Source of the DNA: Candidatus Nanopelagicales bacterium
GTDB lineage: Bacteria > Actinomycetota > Actinomycetes > S36-B12
Reading direction: 5' to 3'
Length of the DNA stretch: 64,000 nucleotides
Assembly: GCA_030830865.1 (NCBI GenBank)
Contig: JAURME010000054.1
Span: 12,649-76,648, forward strand
In this document: one piece after another, positions 21,493 to 31,124 of the stretch
How the letters are laid out: each line of letters starts with the position of its first letter
Numbering within the stretch: position 1 is the first letter of the stretch
The notes under the pieces: model-generated
What the model was told of the DNA's origin: nothing
The model's input: only the letters and a program-made list of their open reading frames with translations
Databases searched by the model: none
Translations under genes and position numbers: made by a program

Positions 21493-23418
21493 GTGCGCCT
21501 GCTCGACGGAATCCGTGATCCGCGCGATGTTCGCGCTCTGGAACCCGGGCAGCTCCCGGAGCTCGCCTCCGAGATCCGGGACTTCCTCGTGGAGAAGGTG
21601 TCGGCCACCGGTGGGCATCTCGGCCCCAACCTCGGTGTCGTGGAGCTGACCATCGCCCTGCACCGTGTCTTTCGGTCCCCGGATGACGTGATCCTGTGGG
21701 ACACCGGCCACCAGGCCTATGTGCACAAGATGCTCACGGGTCGCGCCGCAGAATTCGACCGACTCCGTCAGGGCGGTGGCCTCTCGGGCTATCCGAGCCG
21801 GGCTGAGAGTCCGCATGACGTGATCGAGAACTCCCACGCCTCCACGGCACTGGCCTACGCCGACGGCATCGCCAAGGCCTGGCAGATCAGCGGCGACCTC
21901 GGGCGGCGGCATGTGGTGGCGGTCATCGGAGATGGTGCCCTCACGGGGGGCATGGCCTGGGAGGCGCTGAACAACATCGCCGCATCCGACCGCCCCCTGG
22001 TCATCGTCGTCAATGACAACGCCCGGTCGTACTCGCCCACGATCGGCGGCCTCGCGCACCACCTGTCGACTCTGCGCACAACCCGCGGCTACGAGCGCGT
22101 CATGGACTGGGGCAAGCGCGTCCTCCACCGGACCCCGATCGTCGGCGACCCCCTCTACGGAGCCCTGCACGGTGTCAAGAAGGGCGTCAAGGACATGGTG
22201 TCTCCGCAGGGCATGTTCGAGGACCTCGGGCTGAAGTACATCGGCCCTGTGGACGGACATGACGAGTCCGAGCTCGAGTTCGCCCTCGCACTCGCACGTG
22301 ACTTCGAGGGTCCGGTCATCGTGCACGCCATCACGCACAAGGGCCATGGCTACGAGCCCGCCGAGAACGACGAGGCCGATCGCTTCCATGGCGTCGGCGT
22401 GATCGATCCGGGGACCGGTCGCCCGGTCGGTGTTTCCGGGCCCACCTGGACCGGTGTCTTCGCGGATGAACTCGTTCAGGCGGGCCGCCACCGGGATGAG
22501 GTCGTCGCGATCACGGCGGCGATGCTTGGCCCGACCGGCCTCGACCGATTCGCTCGGGAGTTCCCAGAGCGGACCTTCGACGTCGGCATCGCCGAGCAGC
22601 ACGCGGTCACGAGCGCCGCCGGTATGGCGTACGCCGGCATGCATCCGGTGGTCGCTCTCTATGCCACCTTCCTCAACAGGGCGTTCGATCAGGTACTCCT
22701 CGACTGCGCCCTGCATCGGGCGGGCGTCACCTTCGTGCTCGACCGCGCTGGGGTCACCGGCGACGACGGTGCCAGCCACAACGGCATGTGGGATCTGTCC
22801 ATGCTCCAGGTGGTGCCGGGTCTGCGCATCGCCGCCCCTCGCGACGAGCAGACCCTCCGCGAGGAGTTCCGCGAGGCTCTCGACGTCTCTGATGCCCCGA
22901 CCGTTGTGCGCTTCCCGAAGGGATCCCTCGGACCGTCGATGCCGGCCATCCGGTGCGAGAACGGCCTGGACGTGCTGGCCGAGAGCGGTACTCCAGAGGT
23001 ACTGCTCGTGGCGGTGGGCACGTTCGCCGGCCTGGCGGTCGATGTCGTCGAGCGTCTGCGGGCACAGGGGATCGGGGTCAAGGCCGTCGACCCACGCTGG
23101 GTGAAGCCTGTGCCATCCGCACTCATCGATGCGGCCGCCTCAGCGCACCTCGTCGTGACCGTCGAGGACGGGATCAGGACCGGGGGAGTGGGCTCAGCCC
23201 TCGCCAATGCCCTGCAGCAGGCCGGAGTCGACGTGCCCATCCGCGTGCTCGGCGTGCCCGAGATGTTCCTCGATCATGGGAAGCGGGCCGACATCCTCGC
23301 GACGTGTGGCCTGACGGCCCAGGACGTGTCGCGGCAGATTGTCGAGACGATCGCTCGTCGCAGCAGCGAACGTGGCAGTGACACCGATGCTCAGGCATCG
23401 GCCTCGTTGGGTGAGTGA
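21493..23418 (+). CDS. dxs: 1-deoxy-D-xylulose-5-phosphate synthase
   Basis: 641 aa. [33 protein letters not shown] and the overall DXS layout. Confidence 0.95.
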   Translation: MRLLDGIRDPRDVRALEPGQLPELASEIRDFLVEKVSATGGHLGPNLGVVELTIALHRVFRSPDDVILWDTGHQAYVHKMLTGRAAEFDRLRQGGGLSGYPSRAESPHDVIENSHASTALAYADGIAKAWQISGDLGRRHVVAVIGDGALTGGMAWEALNNIAASDRPLVIVVNDNARSYSPTIGGLAHHLSTLRTTRGYERVMDWGKRVLHRTPIVGDPLYGALHGVKKGVKDMVSPQGMFEDLGLKYIGPVDGHDESELEFALALARDFEGPVIVHAITHKGHGYEPAENDEADRFHGVGVIDPGTGRPVGVSGPTWTGVFADELVQAGRHRDEVVAITAAMLGPTGLDRFAREFPERTFDVGIAEQHAVTSAAGMAYAGMHPVVALYATFLNRAFDQVLLDCALHRAGVTFVLDRAGVTGDDGASHNGMWDLSMLQVVPGLRIAAPRDEQTLREEFREALDVSDAPTVVRFPKGSLGPSMPAIRCENGLDVLAESGTPEVLLVAVGTFAGLAVDVVERLRAQGIGVKAVDPRWVKPVPSALIDAAASAHLVVTVEDGIRTGGVGSALANALQQAGVDVPIRVLGVPEMFLDHGKRADILATCGLTAQDVSRQIVETIARRSSERGSDTDAQASASLGE

Positions 23419-23427
23419 CCCCCGGAA

Positions 23428-23450
23428 CTGATCAGCCGAGAGCTGATCAG
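23428..23450. terminator. 9-bp perfect hairpin between convergent dxs and fadB (CTGATCAGC-cgaga-GCTGATCAG)
   Basis: Read directly from the sequence. The 3' arm overlaps the fadB stop codon (23447-23449). No U-tract on either side. Confidence 0.4.
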
Positions 23451-25543
23451 CCCGGGACGGAGGCCACTCCGTGTGGCAGGAACCGTCCGCCGCCGGCCCG
23501 CTCGGACGCGCCCGATCGATCGAGGTACGGCGTCAGGCCGCCCAGCCAGAAGGGCCAGCCGGCTCCCATGATCATGCACAGATCGATGTCCTGGGCTTCG
23601 GCAACCACGCCCTCGTCGAGCATGCGGCGCACTTCGTCGGCCAGAGCATCCGAGATCCGTGCCAGCAGCGCCTCCTCGGTGGAGGGCGCGTCCCCCTGCA
23701 CAAGGAGGTCGACCAGGCGTGGATCCAGGGAGGTTGACCCGTCGTCGCCCGTCACCCACACCGACGTGATGCCGGACTCGACGAGGCGACGCAGGCTATC
23801 CGAGACCGCGTAGCGATCGGGGAACGCCGCATGCATCGTTTCCGAGACGTGGAGCGCCACAGCGGGTCCGACGAGCGCGAGCAGCGCGAACGGGGACATC
23901 GGCAGGCCGAGGGCGTTGCTGGCCCTGTCCGCAACGGCGAGGTCGGTTCCCTCGTCGACGGCAGTGATCACCTCGTTCAGATAGCGGGTGAGAAGTCGGT
24001 TGACGACGAACGCTGGCGCGTCCTTGACGAGTACGCACGTCTTCTTGAGGGTCTTGCCGACGGCGAAGGCCGTTGCGAGTGTCGCATCATCCGTGCTTGC
24101 AGCGCGTGCGATCTCCAGCAGGGGCATCACTGCGACCGGGTTGAAGAAGTGGAAGCCGACCACCCGCTCGGGGTGCGCGAGGCCCTCCGACATGGCGGTG
24201 ACGGAGAGGGAGGAGGTGTTGGTGGCGAGGACACACTCCGCGCTGACGACCTTCTCCAGGCTCTGGAGCACGGTGCGCTTCACCTCGAGATCCTCGAACA
24301 CCGCCTCGATCACGAAATCCGCATCCGCGAAGACCGAGGTGTCCGTGGACCCGGTCACGAGAGCGGTGATCCGGTTCGCCCGGTCCTCGCTCATGCGGCC
24401 CTTGGCCACGTCCCCCTCGATCTGGGAACGGACGTAGTCAAGGCCCTTCTGCACTCGATCGTCGTCAAGATCGGTCATGACGACGGGAACCTGCAGCCGC
24501 TTGGCGAACAGCATGGCCAGCTGGCTGGCCATCAGCCCTGCCCCCACCCCCCCGACCTTGCGCACCGGTCGGGCGAGGGACTTGTCGGGGGCACCGAACG
24601 GACGCTTGGCACGTTTCTGCACGAGATCGAAGGCATACAGCGACGCGCGGAGGTCCTCGCCCATGACGAGGTCGGCGAGGGCCACATCCTCGGCGTCGAA
24701 GCCCTCGGAGCGTGTCGCCGACTTTGCAGCGCGGACGAGGTCGAGGGCCCGATAGGGCGCCGGCGTGGCCCCATGGACACGGTCGTCGAGCAGTGCCCGT
24801 GCGAAGTCGACCACACCGTCCCAGGAGTCACGGTCGATCTCGGCCCGACGGACCTCGACGGTGCCGTTGAGGACGCCAGCGGCCCAGCGGAACGACTGCT
24901 CGAGGAAGTCCGCCGAGTCGAGGACGACATCGACGACGCCGAGGCGCAGGGCATCCTTGGGCTTCATCTGCTTGTTCTGCTGCAGGGGATTGGCCACGAT
25001 GACCTCGAGCGCGTTCGCCGGGCCGATGAGGTTGGGCAGCAGCCAGGCTCCACCCCAGCCGGGGATCAGCCCGAGGAACACCTCGGGCAGCGACATGGCA
25101 GCGGCAGCGGAGGACATGGTCCGGTAGGTGCAGTGCAGGGCGAGTTCTGTGCCGCCGCCCATGGCGGCACCGTTCACGAAGGCGAAGGACGGCACGTCGA
25201 GTTCGCCCAGACGTCGGAACACGTTGTGCCCCATCTGGCCGAACTCGAGGATGACCTCCCGATCGTCCACCAGGCCGATGGCCGAGAGGTCGGCACCCAC
25301 AGCGAAGATGAACGGCTTGCCCGTCACGCCGACGGCGCTGATGTCGGTCATGGCGGCCGCCTCGTCGAGAGCCGCATCCAGGGACGCCAGGCCAGCCGGT
25401 CCGAACGTGGTGGGCCGGGTGTGATCGCGATCGTTGTCGACGGTGATGAGCGCCATCACGCCTGCGTCGTCGGGAAGGGTGACGCGACGGACGCGTGCGT
25501 GGGTCACGACCTCATCGGGGTTGACCGCGGTGGGGTCGCTCAT
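23447..25543 (-). CDS. fadB: bifunctional enoyl-CoA hydratase / 3-hydroxyacyl-CoA dehydrogenase
   Basis: N-terminal crotonase fold (FIFAVGADL, AAMGGGTELAL) and a C-terminal NAD-binding HAD domain (VGGVGAGLMASQLA). Start re-picked at ATG 25543, directly after the fadA stop. Confidence 0.9.
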   Translation of the reverse strand: MSDPTAVNPDEVVTHARVRRVTLPDDAGVMALITVDNDRDHTRPTTFGPAGLASLDAALDEAAAMTDISAVGVTGKPFIFAVGADLSAIGLVDDREVILEFGQMGHNVFRRLGELDVPSFAFVNGAAMGGGTELALHCTYRTMSSAAAAMSLPEVFLGLIPGWGGAWLLPNLIGPANALEVIVANPLQQNKQMKPKDALRLGVVDVVLDSADFLEQSFRWAAGVLNGTVEVRRAEIDRDSWDGVVDFARALLDDRVHGATPAPYRALDLVRAAKSATRSEGFDAEDVALADLVMGEDLRASLYAFDLVQKRAKRPFGAPDKSLARPVRKVGGVGAGLMASQLAMLFAKRLQVPVVMTDLDDDRVQKGLDYVRSQIEGDVAKGRMSEDRANRITALVTGSTDTSVFADADFVIEAVFEDLEVKRTVLQSLEKVVSAECVLATNTSSLSVTAMSEGLAHPERVVGFHFFNPVAVMPLLEIARAASTDDATLATAFAVGKTLKKTCVLVKDAPAFVVNRLLTRYLNEVITAVDEGTDLAVADRASNALGLPMSPFALLALVGPAVALHVSETMHAAFPDRYAVSDSLRRLVESGITSVWVTGDDGSTSLDPRLVDLLVQGDAPSTEEALLARISDALADEVRRMLDEGVVAEAQDIDLCMIMGAGWPFWLGGLTPYLDRSGASERAGGGRFLPHGVASVPG

Positions 25544-26739
25544 GCCGTGCTCCCGTCGTGGTTCAGGTTCTCCCAGATGACCGTGCCGCCCATGCCGAGG
25601 CCGACGCACATGGTCGTGATGCCATAACGGGCCGACGGATCGCGTTCGAAGTCGCGGGCGAGGTTGTTCATCAGCCGGATGCCACTGGAGGCGAGGGGAT
25701 GGCCGACGGCGATCGCGCCACCCATCGGATTGACGCGCGGGTCGTCATCGGCGACGCCGAAGTGGTCGAGGAAGGCGATCACCTGGACGGCAAAAGCCTC
25801 GTTGATCTCGAACAGGTCGATGTCGGCGATGGACAGACCTGCGCGGTCCAGTGCCTTCTGGGTGCTGGGGACCGGTCCAATGCCCATGACCTCCGGTTCG
25901 ACGCCTGCGAAGGCGAAGCCCACCATGCGCATCTTCTTCGTCAGTCCAAGCTCGTCGGCGGCCGCCTCGGAGGCCAGGAGGGCCGCGGTGGCACCGTCAT
26001 TGAGGCCCGATGCATTGCCCGCCGTCACCCGACCATGCGGGCGGAAGGGCGTCTTGAGGGTCGCCAGGCCCTCGAGTGTGGTCTCCGGACGCATCGACTC
26101 GTCGACGGACAGCAGTCCCCAGCCGAGTTCCTGAGACCTCGTCGCGATCGGCACCAGATCGGGTTGGATCCAGCCCTGCTCGTAGGCATGCGCGGTCTTC
26201 TGCTGAGAGGCGTACGCGAAGGCGTCTGCCCGTTCCTTGGTGAGGTGGGGGAAGCGATCATGCAGGTTCTCGGCGGTGGCGCCCATGACGAGGGCATCGG
26301 TGTCGACGAGTCGCTCGGACAGGAAGCGGGGGTTGGGATCCATGCCGTCACCCATCGGATGGCGGGACATGCTCTCCACGCCACCGGCGAGGGCCACGTC
26401 GTAGGCGCCGGCCATGATCGCCGACGACAGGGTTGTGACAGCCGTCATGGCTCCTGCGCACATCCGGTCTATGGAATAGCCGGGCACGGTCTGGGGGATG
26501 CCAGCGAGGAGCGAGGCGGTGCGACCGATCGTCATGCCCTGATCTCCCGTCTGGGTGGTGGCCGCGACGGAGACGTCGTCCAGCCTCTCCGGGGGGAGAG
26601 TCGGGTTGCGTCGCAGGAGCTCGCGGAACACCGTCACCACGAGGTCGTCCGCTCGTGTCTGTGCCAGGGCACTTCCGGCCTTGCCGAAGGGAGTCCTGAC
26701 CCCGTCGACGAAGACCACTTCCGAAACCGAGCGCGCCAC
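25540..26739 (-). CDS. fadA: acetyl-CoA C-acyltransferase (thiolase I)
   Basis: VFVDGVRTPFGKAG, active-site region DRMCAGAM, and C-terminal TMCVGLGMGG. Start chosen as GTG 26739, 5 nt after AGGGAG (track start is GTG 26745). Confidence 0.9.
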   Translation of the reverse strand: MARSVSEVVFVDGVRTPFGKAGSALAQTRADDLVVTVFRELLRRNPTLPPERLDDVSVAATTQTGDQGMTIGRTASLLAGIPQTVPGYSIDRMCAGAMTAVTTLSSAIMAGAYDVALAGGVESMSRHPMGDGMDPNPRFLSERLVDTDALVMGATAENLHDRFPHLTKERADAFAYASQQKTAHAYEQGWIQPDLVPIATRSQELGWGLLSVDESMRPETTLEGLATLKTPFRPHGRVTAGNASGLNDGATAALLASEAAADELGLTKKMRMVGFAFAGVEPEVMGIGPVPSTQKALDRAGLSIADIDLFEINEAFAVQVIAFLDHFGVADDDPRVNPMGGAIAVGHPLASSGIRLMNNLARDFERDPSARYGITTMCVGLGMGGTVIWENLNHDGSTA

Positions 26740-26800
26740 GTTCACTCCCTGGGGTCGACGGACCTGATGGGTCGATATTACCCGCGAGTAACTTGTTGTG

Positions 26801-28057
26801 CTACTGATCGGTAACTTCGGAGTGCTCCTCGGCTGCCAAGGCGCTCATGAGCCCCGGGAGACATGCCTGGATCTGCCAGTGCCGCGCCCCCTGATCCTCG
26901 AGGAAGGCGACGACGGATGCCTCGGTGCCGGTCTCCGGGGGAGTCCAGCACAGTCGACGGACCGTGTCCGGGGTTATGAGGTTCTCGACCGGCAGTTGGA
27001 GCTCCTCTGCCACGTCCGCCAGAGCCGATCGGGCCGCGCTCAGCCGGGCGAAGGCCGCGGGGTCTCGGTCGGCCCACAGCCGTGCCTGCGGGGGACCGTC
27101 GGGGCGAGGCGGAGCGCCCGGGCACTGATCCTCCGGGAGCCCTCTGGCGTGTTCGAGGGCCTCCCACCATCGCGTGAGGTACTTGTGGGCGCCCCGACCG
27201 TGGAATCCGGAAAGATCCCGGAGGGCGCCCTTGGATGTCACGTCCGACTGCGCGGCCACGATGATCGAGGAGTCCGGCAGCAGGCGCCCCACGGCGATGT
27301 CTCGCTCCCGAGCGAGGTCGTCGCGGGCCGACCAGAGCTCCCGCACAGCAGCGAGCTGGCGCGGCTTGCGGACCTTGTGGATGCCGGAGGTGCGTCGCCA
27401 CTCATCCTCACCGCGCTCGCGAGGCTGGAAGCCCAGGAGGGCCTCGAACTCCTGGGCCGCGATGCCGTCCTTACCGGCCGCGACGAGAGCGGCCTCCATC
27501 GCGTCTCGCAGCTCGATCAGCAGTTCGACGTCAAGGGCCGCATACCTCAACTGCGCGTCCGACAGCGGCCGCACCGACCAGTCGGTCGCTCCGTGGCCCT
27601 TCTCGAGCACCTCTCCGAGCTCGCTGGCGGTGAGTGCGGCGAGGCTGACGCGATCACGGCCCAGAAGTCTGCCGGCCAACTCGGTGTCGAAGAGCGACGC
27701 CGGCCGCAGGTGGAGTTCGGCGAGGCACCATAAGTCCTGCGTTGCGGCATGCAGGATCCATTCGGCATCGCCGATCGCCTCCTGCAGGGGCAGCAGGTCG
27801 GTAAAGGGAACCGGGTCGATGAGGGCGGTGCCGGCCCCCTCGCGGCGTACCTGGACCAGGTAGGCGCGTTGGTCGTAGCGATAGCCGGAGGCCCGTTCGG
27901 CATCGAGCGCAACGGGGCCGGACCCCTGAGCGAGGTCGTCGCAGTAGGCCTGCAGCGCCTCAGGTGTCTCGATGACCGAGGGAACGCCATCGCGCGGCTC
28001 GAACGGCTCCTTCTCCGGCTCGATGTCCGGCTCGGTGTCCGGGTGCTCGGTGGTCAA
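26801..28057 (-). CDS. rnd: ribonuclease D (DEDD 3'-5' exonuclease plus HRDC domain)
   Basis: 418 aa. VALDAERASGYRY...YLVQV, ILHAATQDL and YAALDVELL (Exo I-III motifs). Confidence 0.85.
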   Translation of the reverse strand: MTTEHPDTEPDIEPEKEPFEPRDGVPSVIETPEALQAYCDDLAQGSGPVALDAERASGYRYDQRAYLVQVRREGAGTALIDPVPFTDLLPLQEAIGDAEWILHAATQDLWCLAELHLRPASLFDTELAGRLLGRDRVSLAALTASELGEVLEKGHGATDWSVRPLSDAQLRYAALDVELLIELRDAMEAALVAAGKDGIAAQEFEALLGFQPRERGEDEWRRTSGIHKVRKPRQLAAVRELWSARDDLARERDIAVGRLLPDSSIIVAAQSDVTSKGALRDLSGFHGRGAHKYLTRWWEALEHARGLPEDQCPGAPPRPDGPPQARLWADRDPAAFARLSAARSALADVAEELQLPVENLITPDTVRRLCWTPPETGTEASVVAFLEDQGARHWQIQACLPGLMSALAAEEHSEVTDQ

Positions 28058-28650
28058 CTCCTCGACCGTCGACGCTGGTCCATCACGGGCACTCCCGCGG
28101 GCAGGGGAGGGAGGCCCGCCGCTTGGGCCATGAGCTCCAGCCAGGCCTCCGCGTGAGATCCGATGTCGTCGAGGAGGGCGCCCGACTCGTCCTCTGCCGG
28201 CGTCCAGGACGCGCGGATCTCGACGAAGCCATCAGCAGGTCGATCGATCATCGTTCCGAAGGAGCGGCCGGAGGTCCGGGTGACGGTGCCTCCCACCTGG
28301 GTGACGTGGCATCCGCGGACATCAAGGATCTCGCTGACCCAGCTCCAGCCGACATCGTGCAGCAGGGGGTCGTCGAGCAGGTCCGCCTCGAGTGTGGCCC
28401 GCACGAACACGACAGCGCGGAAGGATCCCTCCCATTCCTCGACCCCGTCGGGGTCGTGCAGCAGCACGAACCGGCCAGAGGCGAGGTCGGAGTCCGGGTC
28501 TGCCATCTCCGCCGTCATCGCGACAGTGGAGGGGGCGAGCCGCTGCGGAGCCGGGGCCTCCTCGAGCGTGAATTCAGGTCGGCATCGGACGTCGGCCAAT
28601 TGAGACAACGCCTCCTCGAAGCGATCCGTACCCGCAGCAATGCTTCGCAC
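28054..28650 (-). CDS. DUF3000-family protein
   Basis: 198 aa. RPEFTLEEAPAPQRLAP...GRFVLLHDPDGVEEWEGSFRAVVFVRA. Its stop overlaps the rnd start (28054-28057). Confidence 0.75.
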   Translation of the reverse strand: MRSIAAGTDRFEEALSQLADVRCRPEFTLEEAPAPQRLAPSTVAMTAEMADPDSDLASGRFVLLHDPDGVEEWEGSFRAVVFVRATLEADLLDDPLLHDVGWSWVSEILDVRGCHVTQVGGTVTRTSGRSFGTMIDRPADGFVEIRASWTPAEDESGALLDDIGSHAEAWLELMAQAAGLPPLPAGVPVMDQRRRSRS

Positions 28651-28718
28651 ATATGCAGGCTACGTCCTGAGGTCGCCCGGGCAGCCTCGGCACGCCGGGT
28701 GGCCCCTAGGGTGGCGCC

Positions 28719-29549
28719 GTGGTCGCGCTGCTCGCCCTCGTCTCGAGTCTTATGTGGGGGGCCTCGGACTTCCTCGGCGGTGCTACCTCGCGGCGTCTTC
28801 CGGCGCTTGCCGTGTACGGACTGTCGCAGGTGGTCGGCTTCGTGGCCCTGGTGGTCGTCGTGATCGCCGTGGGTGCGTGGGACGACGATCCGGCCTACTG
28901 GCCCTACGCGGTCGGCGCGAGCCTCCTGGGCCTGGTGTCCATGGTGGCCTTCTACCGAGCCCTGGCCATCGGGCCCATGGGAATCGTGTCCCCCCTGGTA
29001 TCACTCGGAGTCCTCGTCCCGATCGTCGTCGGCATGATCGGCGGAGAGCGGCCGGGTTCCATCGAAGCACTGGGAATCGCGCTGGCACTGGTCGGCATCC
29101 TCCTGGCGAGCGGACCCGAGCTGTCGGGAGCGGAGTCCGCGCGCCCCCTTCTGCTGGCGACGATCGCCGCGCTCGCCTTCGGCGGGATGTTCGTGTTCAT
29201 GGCACAGGGGAGTGCGCACAGTCCCCTCATGACGATGACGGGGATGCGGATCACGACGGTCGCCTTGATGGTGCTGGTGTGGCTTCGCGTCCGGACGTTG
29301 GGTGGAGCCCGCCGCGTGGACATGCCTGCGCTCGTGGCCATCGGGCTGCTCGACGTCGCCGCGAATGTGACCTACGGGTATGCCACCACGATGGGCATGC
29401 TGACGACGGTTGCGGTGCTGGGGAACCTGTACCCCGTCGTGACCGCCGTCCTTGCGGCCGTGGTTCTGCGCGAGCGGCTTCGGCCCATCCAGTACGTCGG
29501 GGTCTGCGTCGCGATCGCCGGCGTCCTGTCGATCAGTGCCGGCATGTAG
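28719..29549 (+). CDS. EamA/DMT-family transporter
   Basis: 276 aa, 10 predicted TM segments in two EamA-like halves. Confidence 0.8.
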   Translation: MVALLALVSSLMWGASDFLGGATSRRLPALAVYGLSQVVGFVALVVVVIAVGAWDDDPAYWPYAVGASLLGLVSMVAFYRALAIGPMGIVSPLVSLGVLVPIVVGMIGGERPGSIEALGIALALVGILLASGPELSGAESARPLLLATIAALAFGGMFVFMAQGSAHSPLMTMTGMRITTVALMVLVWLRVRTLGGARRVDMPALVAIGLLDVAANVTYGYATTMGMLTTVAVLGNLYPVVTAVLAAVVLRERLRPIQYVGVCVAIAGVLSISAGM

Positions 29550-29578
29550 GGATCGGGCGCCGCCTCATAGTGGCCCGT

Positions 29579-30037
29579 TCACTCCTGGACGCTCGGTTCA
29601 AAGGTGAGGCAGACCGAATTGATGCAGTAGCGCTCGTCCGTTGGGGTGGGGTATCCCTCGCCGGCGAACACGTGGCCGAGGTGGCTCCCGCAGGAACGGC
29701 ACCTGACCTCGGTGCGCACCATGCCCAGGGAGGAGTCGTCGAGCAGCACGATGCTGTCGCCTGCCAAGGGAGTGAAGAAGCTCGGCCAGCCGCAGTGTGA
29801 GTCGAACTTGGCGTCGCTGCGGAACAGTTCGGCCTGGCAGGCACGGCATCGGTAGGTCCCGACGCCGTGGTGATCGGTGTACCGCCCGGTGAATGGGGCC
29901 TCGGTCCCCGCTGCCCGCAGGACTCTGTACTCCTCGGGGTTGAGCTCGACGCGCCACTCCTCCTCGGTCCGGGCGGACGGGTACGACGAGCCGTCAGGGC
30001 GCACGGGGCCGTCGGCCGCTGGAGTGCTGTGCGTCAT
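29579..30037 (-). CDS. msrB: peptide-methionine (R)-S-oxide reductase
   Basis: YRCRACQAELF...KFDSHCGWPSF...RCRSCGSHLGHVF (two CxxC pairs plus the catalytic Cys region). Start re-picked at ATG 30037. Confidence 0.9.
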   Translation of the reverse strand: MTHSTPAADGPVRPDGSSYPSARTEEEWRVELNPEEYRVLRAAGTEAPFTGRYTDHHGVGTYRCRACQAELFRSDAKFDSHCGWPSFFTPLAGDSIVLLDDSSLGMVRTEVRCRSCGSHLGHVFAGEGYPTPTDERYCINSVCLTFEPSVQE

Positions 30038-30120
30038 GCGGAGAGCATAGGTCGGGTGGCCGATCGGCGCGCGAGTGACGGATCGACGCACACTGCCGCA
30101 CGCATGGGTAGGGTCGCAGT

Positions 30121-30657
30121 GTGAGCGACATGCTGGATACCCGGGGATCGTGGCTGGCCGACGACGAGCTGGATTCGGCGCGCGAACGCCTACCCATCGT
30201 CTACGTCGACGCTGTCCCCGTGCGCACCGATGCCCGTGGCCAGGTCAGTGAGATCGGGCTGCTTCTGCGGGCCATGCCCGACGGCTCGCTCTCCCGCGCG
30301 GTCGTCACCGGCCGTGTGCTGTACGGGGAACGAGTCCGCGATGCGCTCCTCCGGCACCTGGAGAAGGACCTCGGGACGATGGCCCTGCCGCGGGTGTCCC
30401 CATCGCCCCAGCCGTTCACGGTGGTCGAGTACTTTCCGGATCCCGACGTCACGGGTTTTCACGATCCGCGGCAGCATGCGGTCTCCCTGGCGTTCATCGT
30501 CCCGTTGGACGGCGACTGCACGCCGTCCCAGGACGCGCTGGACCTGGTGTGGGTCACACCGGAGGAGGCACTCAGCCCGCAGTTCCAGGAGGAGATGACC
30601 GGCGGTCAGGGACGACTCGTCCGCATGGCCCTGGCGCACTGCGGGCTGCTGCACTGA
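30121..30657 (+). CDS. Nudix-fold protein with a degenerate Nudix box (DUF4916-like)
   Basis: 178 aa. GRVLYGERVRDALLRHLEKDLG aligns with GX5EX7REUXEEXGU, but the REUXEE core reads RHLEKD. Confidence 0.6.
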   Translation: MSDMLDTRGSWLADDELDSARERLPIVYVDAVPVRTDARGQVSEIGLLLRAMPDGSLSRAVVTGRVLYGERVRDALLRHLEKDLGTMALPRVSPSPQPFTVVEYFPDPDVTGFHDPRQHAVSLAFIVPLDGDCTPSQDALDLVWVTPEEALSPQFQEEMTGGQGRLVRMALAHCGLLH

Positions 30658-30659
30658 CC

Positions 30660-31124
30660 TCAGTCGTCGTACGGATCGATGCCTTGCAGCGTCTCATCCT
30701 CTGGCGTCAGGTCCCGGGGACGACCGTCGAACTGGTCCCGAAAGGGGTCGGCTCGCTCCGCATCGGTCTCGTCGCCGTAGTACGAGTCCTGATCCGGATC
30801 ATCCTCGTCGACGATGTGGATCGCTGACTCCTCGGCGGGGATCCATGCCTGGGGCGTCAGGCCGCCCGCATGCATCGGGTCATCGCTGGCGTCATCGGCG
30901 TCCTCCATCGCCAACGTGGCCTCAATGTCCTCAAGGGGATAGACCAGACCCTCAAGGGAGCCCTCGCCGCCACCGCCGTTGAGCGCGTTGCGCGTGGCCT
31001 CCGCCTCCATGATCATCGTCAGTCGTTCGGCCTGGTCTGCAGCATCGCCCGTGGGATCCGTCAAGTCACGGGTCTCAGCTTCCACCTCGGACGGGGAGGC
31101 AGCTCCGGCAACCCTGTCGTTCAT
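30660..31124 (-). CDS. highly acidic hypothetical protein (possibly DUF5709-like)
   Basis: 154 aa from ATG 31124, preceded by AGGTGGA. It is Asp/Glu-rich throughout. The longer track ORF (to 31499) overlaps the divergent desaturase gene and is rejected. Confidence 0.5.
   Translation of the reverse strand: MNDRVAGAASPSEVEAETRDLTDPTGDAADQAERLTMIMEAEATRNALNGGGGEGSLEGLVYPLEDIEATLAMEDADDASDDPMHAGGLTPQAWIPAEESAIHIVDEDDPDQDSYYGDETDAERADPFRDQFDGRPRDLTPEDETLQGIDPYDD

Noticed and set aside
21451-22779. 442-aa minus-strand ORF inside dxs
   Set aside because: Antisense shadow of dxs, for the same reasons as the ORF inside acn.
23831-26814. 598-aa and 418-aa + strand ORFs (23831..25627 and 25558..26814) opposite fadB and fadA
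   Set aside because: Both are antisense shadows. fadB and fadA on the minus strand have clear catalytic motifs.
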